DNA of 64,000 nt from Phyllobates terribilis (lineage: Eukaryota). Shown here in pieces: positions 23,888 to 39,792 of this stretch; positions within the stretch are counted from its first letter, which is position 1, and every line of letters begins with the position of its first letter. Made by a program: the position numbers and the translations under genes. The DNA is taken from assembly GCF_046119375.1 (NCBI RefSeq), contig NW_027362768.1, positions 196,912,001-196,976,000 on the forward strand, written 5' to 3'. The notes under the pieces are model-generated. The model was not told the DNA's origin, did not search any database, and saw only the letters and a list, made by a program, of their open reading frames with translations.

Positions 23888-25115
23888 GTGCGATTATCCG
23901 CTTGTACTTGTTTGATAACGAATCGTATGAGTTACTTCATTTCTTCACATTTTATCCACTCACTTTTAGCCTTTGTCCAAATGTTTGTGGGAATCAAGAT
24001 GTTGGGGCCAATTTACGAAAACTGATTTTTTTTTTTAAGCGTAAACTTAAGTTTCAGCATTGTCTGGTCTATCAGAGTGGTTTATGCTGGATGATGCGCT
24101 CTGGTCTAGGTTTACACCATGTATTAGTCAGATCGCCCTCAGACACGGTACATGAGGTTTCATCTAAAGCTAAACCCTCTTTTTTTTTTTTTTTTTTTTT
24201 TTTAAGCGAAGCCAGACCCATCCTAACAAGTCACTGCAACTTCTCAAGCAATGTTTAAAAACTACAATTCCAGACTGGGTCTTACTGAACCCCCTTCTCG
24301 AATTGATGGGGGGGATTCCAGTGGTCAGACCACCAGAGATCAGCAAGTTATCATCTAACCTTTCGATAGGAGAGAATTGACTCTGGCCCCTGTATTGATA
24401 TGACATGGGAATGTACAGTGGTGGGACCTTTCTGGAGGGGTTCATGTAGCTGCAAGTTCTAAAACTTATTTTGTTGGGCTTTTTAGATGTGTGGTGACAG
24501 GTGAAAAACTTTTCCATATCCTCTGAATTTTGTACTAGTCAATCTACATCAGAATTTATTACGAAAAAAATTGGAGGGGGAGTATAAAAAAAAAAAAAAA
24601 AAAAAAATCAGGGATCCCAGGGTGGATTCTCCATGGTCTCATTACCTTCATAGAAGTTTGTTCCTCGGCTGTGAGCCTCGTAGATGACCATGACTGTGTC
24701 GCTCTGCATCGGCTGTATACGGCGGCAGCAGTGGAGCCCTCTACTGGTCACTGTCTGTAAGCACCTCCCTGTCCTCCGTATCTGGGGGAGGGGCGTTTTC
24801 ATAGAGGATTACCATTGTAGGTTGTGGCATCTGTTCACCGGTGGAATCCATCACTAAAAGCTGAGGGTAGTCTTCTCCGATGATGATGACTGTTTGTGTT
24901 ACACCCTGTAGGGTCCCTTCCACCGTCGGTGCTGTATGTTACACAACTTAGACTAATAGAAGTTGCTCAATTTTATATGGAAAATGTTTGACTTTAAAAC
25001 AAAATACAACTCAACCTGTGGTCCCATGGCGTCCAGCTGCCCGGACCACCTCGCGTATCTAGACCCGTGCTTGTCTGTCTTCTGCCTGACATCTGTTTTC
25101 TGCGCTATTTTACAG

Positions 25116-25297
25116 AGAAAAGGAAAGGAGCCGACGGAGCACAAGCCCGAGGTCATCCTGAATAACTTCACCACTCGCCTCGGGCACTCTATCGGCCGCA
25201 TGTTTGCCTCTCTGTACCCACACGATCCGCAGTTCACGGGGCGACAGGTGGCCACTTTCCACAACCAGCGGGATTACATCTTTTTTCGATATCACAG
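25116..25297 (+). CDS. RPF1: RPF1 exon 7
   Basis: [61 protein letters not shown]; 182 bp. Confidence 0.96.
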
Positions 25298-25377
25298 GTA
25301 GGTTGTGTTTGCAGCGTCCCCGGAGATGTACGTCTATAGTAATGGAATAATGCCCAGGTCTGTTGTTTCCTCTGTAG

Positions 25378-25504
25378 ATACATTTTTAGGAGTGAAAAGA
25401 AAGTGGGAATTCAGGAACTTGGACCTCGATTTACACTGAAGCTGCGGTCTCTGCAGAAGGGAACGTTCGATTCAAAGTACGGAGAATATGAGTGGGTCCA
25501 TAAG
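25378..25504 (+). CDS. RPF1: RPF1 exon 8
   Basis: [42 protein letters not shown], containing the Brix ELGPRFTL motif. Confidence 0.96.
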
Positions 25505-25712
25505 GTGAGTTCTGTCTGGGTGGTGCCGCGGGCCGGGATGTGAGGGCTCAGATGCTTTATTCTTGCCTTTGATTGCATTGCAGAGGTGTGAGTCCTTGTA
25601 TTTATATTCCAGCCCTAAATGTCTGCGGTTTGTAAACTCTCTGATGCATCTCATCAGGGTCATGGCAGGAGAGTCCGGCCTTATATTATAGGAGATGCTA
25701 AACTTATTATGA

Positions 25713-26217
25713 CCAACATTTGTATAGGGGATGACCCATCCACACACAAAACTGAAGAGTATTAGAGATATATTAAATTTTATTGAGATAAAATTAAAAC
25801 AAAATAAAAAACCCAACTTCAGAAAAATCGGGAGCAATCCCCTGAGTGTTCAATACAAAAACAAATAAATTGAATCTACATACCAAATAATGACATAGTA
25901 TGCCGGCAACAAGTAAGCCCATAATAGCAATGAAATAACATGTATAAATTACATAAGTCCCATTATAGCATAATAAAGCACGGCAGTGCTCAGTAGGTAC
26001 AAATTGCAAATCACGGCAATGTTCAATGGGTACCCATTGGTATGTAGATTAAATTTATTTGTTTTTGTATTGAACACTCTGGCGATTGCTCCCTATTTTT
26101 CTGAAGTTGTTTTTTTTTATCTTGTTTTAATTTTATCTCAATAAAATTTAATATTTTAATATCTCTAATACTCTTCAGTTTTGTGTGTGGATGGGTCATC
26201 CCCTATACAAATGTTGG
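25713..26217. repeat. Inverted repeat, arms about 175 bp (25713-25886 and 26037-26217), spacer about 150 bp
   Basis: CCAACATTTGTATAGGGGATGACCCATCCACACACAAAACTGAAGAGTATTAGAGATAT is the exact reverse complement of the right arm end. Confidence 0.9.
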
Positions 26218-26797
26218 ATATATTGCCCTCGAGTTGGATATGATACTTTATAAACCCATGGATACCATTGGGACTTTTTGTGGTTGTCATAAACTTATTA
26301 TGGGAATGATTTACTGACTCTCCCCTCATGAGAAACATTCAGAATAAAGGGCTTGTCCACTGCAACGTGTATTGTCAAAAGACTCAGATGGGGTAAAATA
26401 TTAGAAGCCGTTCTCGGCTGTCCGGTGCCCACTAATCTTAGGACTCGGCTCATGTGTCCAACTGCGGGAATCACTGGCTGTTGTGGATCAACGCTGCGGC
26501 CGGTTATTGGCTGCAGCGGTCATGTGTCCTGGTGTAAGAACATTATCACTGCAGCACAAAGTGATTACTTGCTGGGGATCGGGGAGTATTGCTTCTGTTA
26601 TCCCATTACAAAACTTTTAAGAAAAGTGAAGTTGACAAACCCTACAGCCTATGTACCCGCGTGGTATTTTCCCTGTAGACTCCCCACAGTGGAAACTCCT
26701 TGTGAACATTGCTGCAGCTTTTGTGACGATAGTGAGTGAGCCGCGCACATCTCCCCCTCTGCGGTAGCATCGACGTCGACAGCTAATATATACTTCA

Positions 26798-26995
26798 GGT
26801 GGCTCAGTGGTTAGCACTGTTGCGTTGAAGCGCTGGGGTCCTGGGTTCAGATCCCACCAAAGGCAACAGCTGCAAGGAGTTTGTTCTCCCCGTGTTTGTG
26901 TGGGTTTCCTCCGGGTTCTCCGGTTTCTTCCCACGCTCCAAAGACTGATAAGGAATGTAGATTGTGAGCCCCAATGGGGACAGAGATGACTTCTG
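26798..26995 (+). mobile_element. tRNA-derived V-SINE with L2-type tail
   Basis: A box TGGCTCAGTGG, B box GGTTCAGATCC, V-domain-like TCTCCCCGTGTTTGTGTGGGTTTCCTCCGGG...CCCACGCTCCAAAGAC and tail GATTGTGAGCCCC. Confidence 0.8.
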
Positions 26996-27264
26996 TATGA
27001 TGGTGCTAATATAAGGAAGCATGCTAATCATCTCATGCACAAGGGCCAGTGTCCCTCCGCCCTTCAGCTTGGCTGACACGGCCTGCTGTGGCATTACTCC
27101 TGTCCCAGGCTGCAGGGTGTGTACGGAGCCGATGGTCGTGCCCACTGACCATGCCCTTTACTCTCAGGAGAACTAGATCATTTTAAGAAATGTACTTGAT
27201 CGGTACCGATAAATGCGGTAACATCGATCCCCTCCTTCTAATCTTACATTCTCTTCTCTTACAG

Positions 27265-27306
27265 CGACATGAAATGGACTCAAATAGAAGGAAATTCCAC
27301 TTATAA
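27265..27306 (+). CDS. RPF1: RPF1 exon 9 (last coding)
   Basis: RHEMDSNRRKFHL*, after a pyrimidine tract and ACAG acceptor. Confidence 0.93.
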   Translation, partial: RHEMDSNRRKFHL

Positions 27307-28549
27307 GGAGACGTCTCATCCTTTGCTCGGACCTACAGGACAATGTTACCCATCGTTTGTGGCATTGCAGCTTCTTCTGTATAGCGCCCACTGGCGGAGC
27401 TGGGAAAACCCTAGAAAACATTCTTCACTAGTGGAATGAACACACGGTCGTATTTTATATTTTCTCCCCAGTATACAACATTCTGCTTTACAGCACGCTG
27501 CAAACTCAACCCCATTCTCCCAGGAATTCTTTGGAATATTAGAGACTTTAATTATTCAAGTGTAAAGTCCTGCTGCGTTCTGGATCTGTCAAATCACAGT
27601 TACCTATGAAAAGTCACAATTGTGTCACACATACAAGCAACTGCAGATCAGTAAATTATATATTGAGAAGATCCAGGTCTGGGGTCACCTGCACGGGCGT
27701 CTGGTGCACAAACAGGAAACAATGGATGAAGCAATATCCTGTGACAAAGGGGAATTACAGCACATGGACAATGGGCCTCTGCGCCGTTAATGAGGATCCC
27801 AAATACAGAAGCAATGATTAAGTGAGTCCGAGCAAAGAACAGCTGAGAAGCCGGCGCCGACCCTGCAGTACTGATCATAAAGATCTACCGGACTGCTCCA
27901 TCCTCCAGGTAAATGTGCACGAGACCCGGCTGCCCATCCCGCCCGCAGCGATCAGCCTGGCCAGGGATGTGCAGCCACAATACGCTCCAGTGTATCAGCC
28001 CCGGACTCTGCTCGAGGCCTCATATCTGTCATGTGCCACGAACGTCTAATATTCTGCTGCTCTGTACGATTACAGTATTGCCAGATAGTGTAATATTGTT
28101 GTACAATAAAAACTTGTCCTTTTTTTTTTAAAAAAAAGGACATCTGAGCAAGCGTATGCGTCTCAATCTGACTTATCATCCAGCCTGAACCACTGATAAA
28201 ATGCACCAAGTTTATCACTGGGCCAAATTGCTCTGTAATGCTGCACTGAAGATGGCCGCCTGTTACAGAACAGCGCGCACAAGTATAACAACCGCCTTGT
28301 GCAATGTGCGCTCCTTTCGTAGAAGACAAGCCACTCACTGCAGCAGTGGCCGGTAACCAAGGCAACAAGTAGTAAACTACAGGAAAAATCTGCAAGTTAA
28401 CAAGGTTTTTTTTTAGGGAGAAATTGCCAAGTTTCTCCATTTCACTAGTACTTTGCAGTCTTACCATTCACTAAGATGCAATTTTTTTTTTTTTATTCTA
28501 GAACTGGTTTAGAAAAATATTGAATTTTTTTTTAGTCCTGGTTGCAGAA

Positions 28550-28836
28550 AGGTCTGTGGAGTCAGTAAGAAAACCTCCAAATCCTCAATTCCCCTGACTG
28601 ACTCCACAGCCCCGGCCCCCGCTGAGCGTGCGTGTAGAGGGCGGCCCCTGCTGAGCGTGCGCGTAGAGGGCGGCCCCGACCTTTATAGGCCATTTCATAG
28701 CTTTCCCAAATTCTTATTTACAGCACATCCTGCATTGTACTACTGCCCCCAATGTATTATATATTCTAGGAATCTGATTTGGTCCATTTTATACCAACGC
28801 CACCAAAATGGACACCGACTGACTCCACAGCTCTTG
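28550..28836. mobile_element. hAT MITE related to the 22011-23238 element
   Basis: Shares CTGTGGAGTC and CACCAAAATGGACACCGACT subterminal motifs; flanking direct repeat TTGCAGAA (28542-28549, 28837-28844). Confidence 0.65.
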
Positions 28837-29781
28837 TTGCAGAACTTAATATATTGAAGGATTTCATGTTAATACCGTTATTGTAAAACTGGCAGTCGCA
28901 TTTGGCCTTGCCACAGGCCAAAGTACATCTGACCTGGCTGCAGACCCCTTGAATAGGTGCCCAGCTCGCACAGAGACCCATCACCATTGCCAGTACCAGT
29001 GAGGAGAGAAAGCCCCCCTTGTATAAATGCCGTCCTCCCTACAGACCACAGAGTCTAATCAGTTACTGCCAGGAATGGGTTAATAAACTGGCCTGTAAAC
29101 TCTACAGGGGTCAGATCGCACCCCCCCAAAACCCATCCTGTCCTTGGATCTGCTCATATTTATTGCCTAGAAATCTATACTGGACAGTTGTCAGCAGCCT
29201 GACAACACTGCCACCATTGCTGGAGGGGATGCTGGGAGTTGTAGTTTCTCAACACCACAGGTTGTAGACCCCTCAGAGAAACCTGGGTCACATTTATGGT
29301 CAGACGACGTAATAAAACATGGCGTCCTTTGAAGGGTACAGTTATACTATTAGATTTCCATGAGACCACCAGGAATCGCTCTGTTACATTCCCTGGCTAT
29401 ATATGAGGGTCTTGGTCACGCCCTCACATCAGGCTTCTATAGGGAGCCGTGCACACTTGAGGAATTAGTCAGGTGGGCATCGCCATGACCGAGCTCCTAA
29501 TCGCTTTAGCGGAGAAAAAAAAAAAAAAAAGGCAGAAGGCGTAAATCTTTTCTTTGCATAACTTTGTGTTGAGGGACAGTATTGGGACTGCAAAGTGCCC
29601 CTGCCTCCCCAGTGAGAATACAAGGTGAACTGATCACGTGGCTGTGTACGGCACCGGATACGGGGCGAGCGGTGAGATGAGCTCTGCACAACCCATTGTA
29701 CTGGTGGAATCGTTGAACCTTGAGCACACGGAGGCCACGAAGTCTCTCGATAAATCCATCACCAGGTTCGGGGGCTCCTGC

Positions 29782-30070
29782 CCGACTCCAGCGCTGGTAC
29801 CTGCATCATCATCGACCTTGGGCCGACTCCAGCGCTGGTACCTGCATCATCATCGACCTTGGGCCGACTCCAGCGCTGGTACCTGCATCATCATCGACCT
29901 TGGGCCGACTCCAGCGCTGGTACCTGCATCATCATCGACCTTGGGCCGACTCCAGCGCTGGTACCTGCATCATCATCGACCTTGGGCCGACTCCAGCGCT
30001 GGTACCTGCATCATCATCGACCTTGGGCCGACTCCAGCGCTGGTACCTGCATCATCATCATCATTGACCT
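29782..30070. repeat. 41-bp minisatellite, about 7 copies
   Basis: Unit CCGACTCCAGCGCTGGTACCTGCATCATCATCGACCTTGGG at 29782, 29823, 29864 and onward. Confidence 0.95.
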
Positions 30071-30184
30071 CGGGGAGCTTTACCCTTCTCTGGAGAAAGA
30101 GCTCCGGTTATAGGTTGGACTCGTGTTGCAGACAAACCCCAAAGTGCGACTGGAGGCGAAGCGACAAGAAGACAGAGCGAAGGA

Positions 30185-30414
30185 GATGTAAAAGGAAAGA
30201 CATTTATTGCGATTAGTCACCAGTGTATAAAATGTTTTTTTTTTTTATTTTAAGAAGATGAGGAAGTAAATGACTGCGGACAGCTGACGGCGGAGAGGTA
30301 GATGTTAACTCATGTCGATGGAAATGTACAATAGAAAACTTGGCACGTCCCACGGGTCATACCGTAAACAGAGCGGCTCCTTCAGGGCAAGCTGTGATCC
30401 GGCTACAAGAAAAT
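30185..30414 (-). other. GNG5: GNG5 terminal non-coding (3' UTR) exon, predicted
   Basis: Minus-strand acceptor TTTTTTTTTTTCCTCTTTACAG ending at 30415 and AATAAA at 30208-30203. It pairs with the donor GGTAAG 24 nt after the stop codon. The 3' end coordinate is approximate. Confidence 0.6.
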
Positions 30415-32041
30415 CTGTAAAGAGGAAAAAAAAAAAATGTAAAGAACCAGAAAACAAGTTCAGACATTTCCCAGCAAGTTAGGATTCCCGCTATACAAGG
30501 ATCTTCGCCGAGCACTAGGTCAGAGTTTGTCGGAGTCCCCTTGGAACTACAGTAAATTCTGATGGGATCCCAACATTGACTTCAGCTTTATTCAATGAGG
30601 AGCTTTCAGATTAGAGATCCTCCTCCGGACGCTGCAAACGTTTTTTTCCCCTTTTCTGTCCCAAAGTTATACCTGCCCCCAGCAATAGTGCTGCACACCC
30701 AGCCTATATATTACCGGGAGGTGGGGTGGGTGAAGGTGCACGCAGCCTATATTATCTGCTAATCTCTTGTAAAAATAAAAAGATCAGAGATGTTAAAATT
30801 CAACATGCCCAACCTACCCCAGTAGTTAATGTTGGAGCCCCCCGTACACTGCATGGAGGGTTTAGCCTCCTTAGAAGTGCTCACCACACCCCAGAGGAGA
30901 GCGGGATTGGGTATATTGTACTTCATCAGGTCTGGATCCTTAATTCCCACAGAAGACGAGCCGTCCGCAGGAGTCCAGCCGTGGTACTGACCTACTGCTC
31001 ACTGATAACTTACGAGTCCACAGGTACGGGATGTGTATGGATGGCATAAAGCTCAGCCATCATCCCTGCACTGATGGGCCGAGGCTCAGGACATGAAGGG
31101 GGCGCTCATGAGCATTTCTGCCAACCAGACACCAGTCAAACAACAACGGTTCAGAAGTGACAGCGGGGGATCAGGGGAGAAGGAAGGCTGGATTCACAGT
31201 TACACAGCAAGGCCGCTGGACGACTACACCTGAACCGCAAAGAACTATGCAGACGACGACGTGCCGGTGCAGCCGCAGACCAACCCATACAAGACAAAGT
31301 CCAATAATACCGCTCTGCCGCCCCGCTGTCCGGTCCTCGCATCTCCAAAACCTCCAGTGACCGCCCTGTGTCTTCATCATTTCTTTTCTGTCATTTTTTA
31401 CAGTTTATGAACGAACTTGACAGGAGGTTGTGCTAAAAAGATTCCTGGGGGTGATGATCCGGCCCCGGACCCCCGATCATGAATGATCCCATCTATCTGG
31501 GATCACATGAAGGATCCGCACAAGACTCATACACAGAAGATCTGGGGTCAGTGCTCCAAGATGTCTGGCACAACCTCCTGCCGAGACCCTCCATAACCAG
31601 TGTACAAGCGACGAGAAGAAGGAGGCGACCACCAGATACCGACAACGGGGGGCGACCACCAGATACTGGTGGGATTTACATTTCTTTTAGTCTTTTGATA
31701 ATTGGCAATAAATTATTAACCCTTCTGTGTATGAAGCGTCAGACTGCAGTATCCTATTCCCACCTGCCTAAGACTTTTGCACAGTGCAGGTTTATATATA
31801 CGTTATGTCTGCAGATATATAAATGTGACCCCAGACTAAGGGGCCCGAGCACCTCTAGGGCCACACACTGCAGATCTGGGCACGACACGCCATAAAGAAG
31901 CGCAGCGGCCATGCCGGGGAGAAGGACCAGCCGGGCCGTGTCCGGAGATGAACAGCGCAGCTCACGTTATATCGGGCGCAGAAGTCGGCGCTGTTGCGTT
32001 TTTAACCATTTACTTACCATAAAGAAAGACGTTGAGAGGAA

Positions 32042-35367
<3,326 letters not shown>

Positions 35368-35368
35368 T

Positions 35369-37256
35369 GGGGGGCAGTGACGACCCCCCCGTATACCTGT
35401 ACACGGGGGCAGTGACGACCCCCCCCGTATACCTGTACACGGGGGCAGTGACGACCCCCCACCGTATACCTGTACACGGGGGCAGTGACGACCTCCCCCC
35501 CACCGTATACCTGTACACGGGGGCAGTGACGACCTCCCCCCCACCGTATACCTGTACACGGGGGCAGTGACGACCTCCCCCCCACCGTATACCTGTACAC
35601 GGGGGCAGTGACGACCTCCCCCCCACCGTATACCTGTACACGGGGGCAGTGACGACCTCCCCCCCACCGTATACCTGTACACGGGGGCAGTGACGACCTC
35701 CCCCCCACCGTATACCTGTACACGGGGGCAGTGACGACCTCCCCCCCACCGTATACCTGTACACGGGGGCAGTGACGACCTCCCCCCCACCGTATACCTG
35801 TACACGGGGGCAGTGACGACCTCCCCCACCGTATACCTGTACACAGGGGCAGTGACGACCTCCCCCACCGTATACCTGTACACAGGGGCAGTGACGACCT
35901 CCCCCCCACCGTATACCTGTACACAGGGGCAGTGACTACCTCCCCCACCGTATACCTGTACACAGGGGCAGTGACGACCCCCCCCACCGTATACCTGTAC
36001 ACAGGGGCAGTGACGACCCCCCCCACCGTATACCTGTACACAGGGGCAGTGACGACCCCCCCCCACCGTATACCTGTACACAGGGGCAGTGACGACCCCC
36101 CCCCCACCGTATACCTGTACACAGGGGCAGTGACGACCCCCCCCCACCGTATACCTGTACACAGGGGCAGTGACGACCCCCCCCACCGTATACCTGTACA
36201 CAGGGGCAGTGACGACCCCCCCCACCGTATACCTGTACACAGGGGCAGTGACGACCCCCCCCACCGTATACCTGTACACAGGGGCAGTGACGACCCCCCC
36301 CACCGTATACCTGTACACAGGGGCAGTGACGACCCCCCCCACCGTATACCTGTACACGGGGGCAGTGACGACCCCCCCCACCGTATACCTGTACACGGGG
36401 GCAGTGACGACCCCCCCCACCGTATACCTGTACACGGGGGCAGTGACGACCCCCCCCACCGTATACCTGTACACGGGGGCAGTGACGACCCCCCCCACCG
36501 TATACCTGTACACGGGGGCAGTGACGACCCCCCCCACCGTATACCTGTACACAGGGGCAGTGACGACCCCCCCACCGTATACCTGTACACAGGGGCAGTG
36601 ACGACCCCCCCACCGTATACCTGTACACAGGGGCAGTGACGACCCCCCCCACCGTATACCTGTACACAGGGGCAGTGACGACCCCCCCACCGTATACCTG
36701 TACACAGGGGCAGTGACGACCCCCCCACCGTATACCTGTACACAGGGGCAGTGACGACCCCCCCCACCGTATACCTGTACACGGGGGCAGTGACGACCCC
36801 CCCCACCGTATACCTGTACACAGGGGCAGTGACGACCCCCCCACCGTATACCTGTACACGGGGGCAGTGACGACCCCCCCCACCGTATACCTGTACACGG
36901 GGGCAGTGACGACCCCCCCCACCGTATACCTGTACACAGGGGCAGTGACGACCCCCCCACCGTATACCTGTACACAGGGGCAGTGACGACCTCCCCCACC
37001 GTATACCTGTACACAGGGGCAGTGACGACCCCCCCCCACCGTATACCTGTACACAGGGGCAGTGACGACCCCCCCACCGTATACCTGTACACAGGGGCAG
37101 TGACGACCCCCCCACCGTATACCTGTACACAGGGGCAGTGACGACCCCCCCACCGTATACCTGTACACAGGGGCAGTGACGACCCCCCCACCGTATACCT
37201 GTACACAGGGGCAGTGACGACCCCCCCCACCGTATACCTGTACACGGGGGCAGTGA
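35369..37256. repeat. 36-41 bp GC-rich minisatellite, about 48 copies
   Basis: Unit GGGGCAGTGACGAC(C)nACCGTATACCTGTACAC[A/G]; unit length varies with the C-run. Confidence 0.95.
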
Positions 37257-37445
37257 GCCTATATAGTGGGATCTAAGGGAAGACATTTCTCCTTCTGGAG
37301 AGAGACATGCCCGTACAGCGCTGCCGCATTGCTCTGCACCGGAGCTGCATACATGACGCCGCCCCTCCCCCACCCGGCAGGAAGTTTGGGGGTTTATATT
37401 ATTCAGCTCCAGGACCAGGATCTGGAGGAGGAGGACCGCTCTCAC

Positions 37446-37526
37446 CTTCACCCGGTTGATGCCGGCCTCCACCCGCAGCTGCTGCACCACCTTCTTCATC
37501 GCGGACACATTCGCGGTTCCCGACAT
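37446..37526 (-). CDS. GNG5: G protein subunit gamma 5, first coding exon
   Basis: MSGTANVSAMKKVVQQLRVEAGINRVK then donor GTGAG. Joined with 32167-32042 it gives a 68-aa G-gamma. Confidence 0.97.
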
Positions 37527-37900
37527 GTCGGCTGCAAAACTTTACGCCCAACTTTTCCGCTGTTCTCCACTACCGTGGAAGTGCGCATGCGCTGAAGTGC
37601 GCAACCTGGTGGCCAGAGAGGGGCAGGGCGCGCTACTATTTCTAGACTAGAGGCGTCGGGGGCGGAGAAAAAAAGAGTGTGGGGACTGACGGGGGCGTGG
37701 CTGAGATATGACGGGGGCGGGGCTGAGATATGACGGGGGCGGGGCAGGAAGGGCGGGGAGCCAGGTCCGTGTGTTTCTCGTTTCCTGAGAGACTTTCGTG
37801 TTTTGTTTTCTCGGCAGAGATACGATCTGCGGCTGCGCAGTCTGAGCCCATAGATCCGGAGGGATCGCCGCGAGATCGTTCTCAGTGGTGGAAAGAAAGG
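37527..37900. promoter_or_regulatory. CpG-rich putative bidirectional promoter for GNG5 and SPATA1
   Basis: NRF1-like TGCGCATGCGC (37582-37592); GC boxes at 37691, 37713, 37735 (22-bp triplication) and 37751; head-to-head gene layout. Confidence 0.65.
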
Positions 37901-38133
37901 AAGGGAAAAGGAAAAGAAAAGGAAAGGACAGGACGGTGTTTATGTGGAAATAGAAATGAATAAAAGGTCTTATAAAAAATTCCATTAAATCCCATAAATT
38001 AATCCGCTGGCGGCGCCATCACGGGTTGGAGCTGGTTACCTGGTAGAAGATGAATTATGAGGCGGTTATCAGCCTGTGTGAACCAGCGCCAGTCACACCA
38101 GCCGCATCGCCCATAGCGGACAGTGACGATGGG

Positions 38134-39307
38134 AATCCTGCTGCCACCAATCCTCCCGCTGCCACCAATCCTCCCGCTGCCATCAATCCACTGCCGCCAA
38201 TACTCCCGCTGCCACCAATCCGCTGCCTCCAATCCTCACGCTGCCACAAATCCGCTGCCACCAATCCTCCCGCTGCCACCAATCCTCCCGCTGCCACCAA
38301 TCCACTGCCGCCAATACTCCCGCTGCCACCAATCCGCTGCCTCCAATCCTCACGCTGCCACAAATCCGCTGCCACCAATCCTCCTGCTGCCACCAATCCT
38401 CCCGCTGCTACCAATCCTCTGCCACCAATCCTCCCGCTGCCACCAATCCTCTGCCACCAATCCTCCTGCTGCCGCCAATCCTCACGCTGCCACCAATCCT
38501 CCCGCTGCCACCAATCCTCTGCCACCAATCCTCCTGCTGCCACCAATCCACTGCCGCCAATACTCCCGCTGCCACCAATCCGCTGCCTCCAATCCTCACG
38601 CTGCCACAAATCCGCTGCCACCAATCCTTCTGCTGCCACCAATCCTCCCGCTGCTACCAATCCTCTGCCACCAATCCTCCCGCTGCCACCAATCCTCTGC
38701 CACCAATCCTCCTGCTGCCGCCAATCCTTACGCTGCCACCAATCCTCTGCCACCAATCCTCCCGCTGCCACCAATCCTCTGCCACCAATCCTCCCACTGC
38801 TACCAATCCTCTGCCACCAATCCTCCTGCTGCCACCAATCCTCTGCCACCAATCCTCCTGCCGCCAATCCTCCCGCTGCTACCAATCCTCTGCCACCAAT
38901 CCTCCCGCTGCCGCCAATCCTCACGCTGCCACCAATCCGCTGCCTCCAATCCTCCTGCTGCCACCAATCCTCTGCCACCAATCCTCCTGCTGCCGCCAAT
39001 CCTCCCGCTGCTACCAATCCTCTGCCACCAATCCTCTGCCACCAATCCTCCTGCTGCCGCCAATCCTCACGCTGCCACCAATCCTCTGCCACCAATCCTC
39101 CCACTGCTACCAATCCTCTGCCACCAATCCTCCTGCTGCCACCAATCCTCCCGCTGCTACCAATCCTCTGCCACCAATCCTCCCGCTGCCGCCAATCCTC
39201 CCGCTGCCACCAATCTGCTGCCTCCAATCCTCCCGCTGCCACCAATCCTCCCGCTGCCACCAATCCGCTGCCTCCAATCCTCCCGCTGCCACCAATCCTC
39301 CCGCTGC
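38134..39307. repeat. Degenerate 12-18 bp CCAAT-containing minisatellite (GCCACCAATCCTCCCGCT)
   Basis: About 1.17 kb of GCCACCAATCCTC(CC)GCT variants. Confidence 0.92.
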
Positions 39308-39792
39308 TTTCTCGCTTTTCGTCTCTATTCCCCCGGCGGTGCGAGGCGTTTTCTGCGGTTGTGAAGGACACTTTTCATTTCACCACATAATTTACTGAAA
39401 ACAGGAAAAAATTCCAAATGAATGAAAGTCGCCATTTCCTCATTGTTCTTTGGGTTTTGTTTCTGGGGTATAGACGACGCGGGGACGCGATTCTGCCGGT
39501 CGGGGCCAATACGGCGACACCAAACATAGGGGTTTCTATATTTTAGAAGTTAAAAAAAAATTCTCAGCTTTATTAAAAAATTATTTTTTGTCGCGTGACG
39601 GCTCGGGTTATGTGAGCTGACGATTTTATTTTCACTATTTTCAGGTAGTGCGACGTATTGATCGCTGATTATTGTATTTTTTGGGGGGAGAAATTGATAA
39701 AGAACAATTGATGATTGATGGCGTTTACCGTGCGGCTGATTGATCCGACGAGAGGATCCCAGATATGAGCGGTGAATATACTGGGGGGAACA

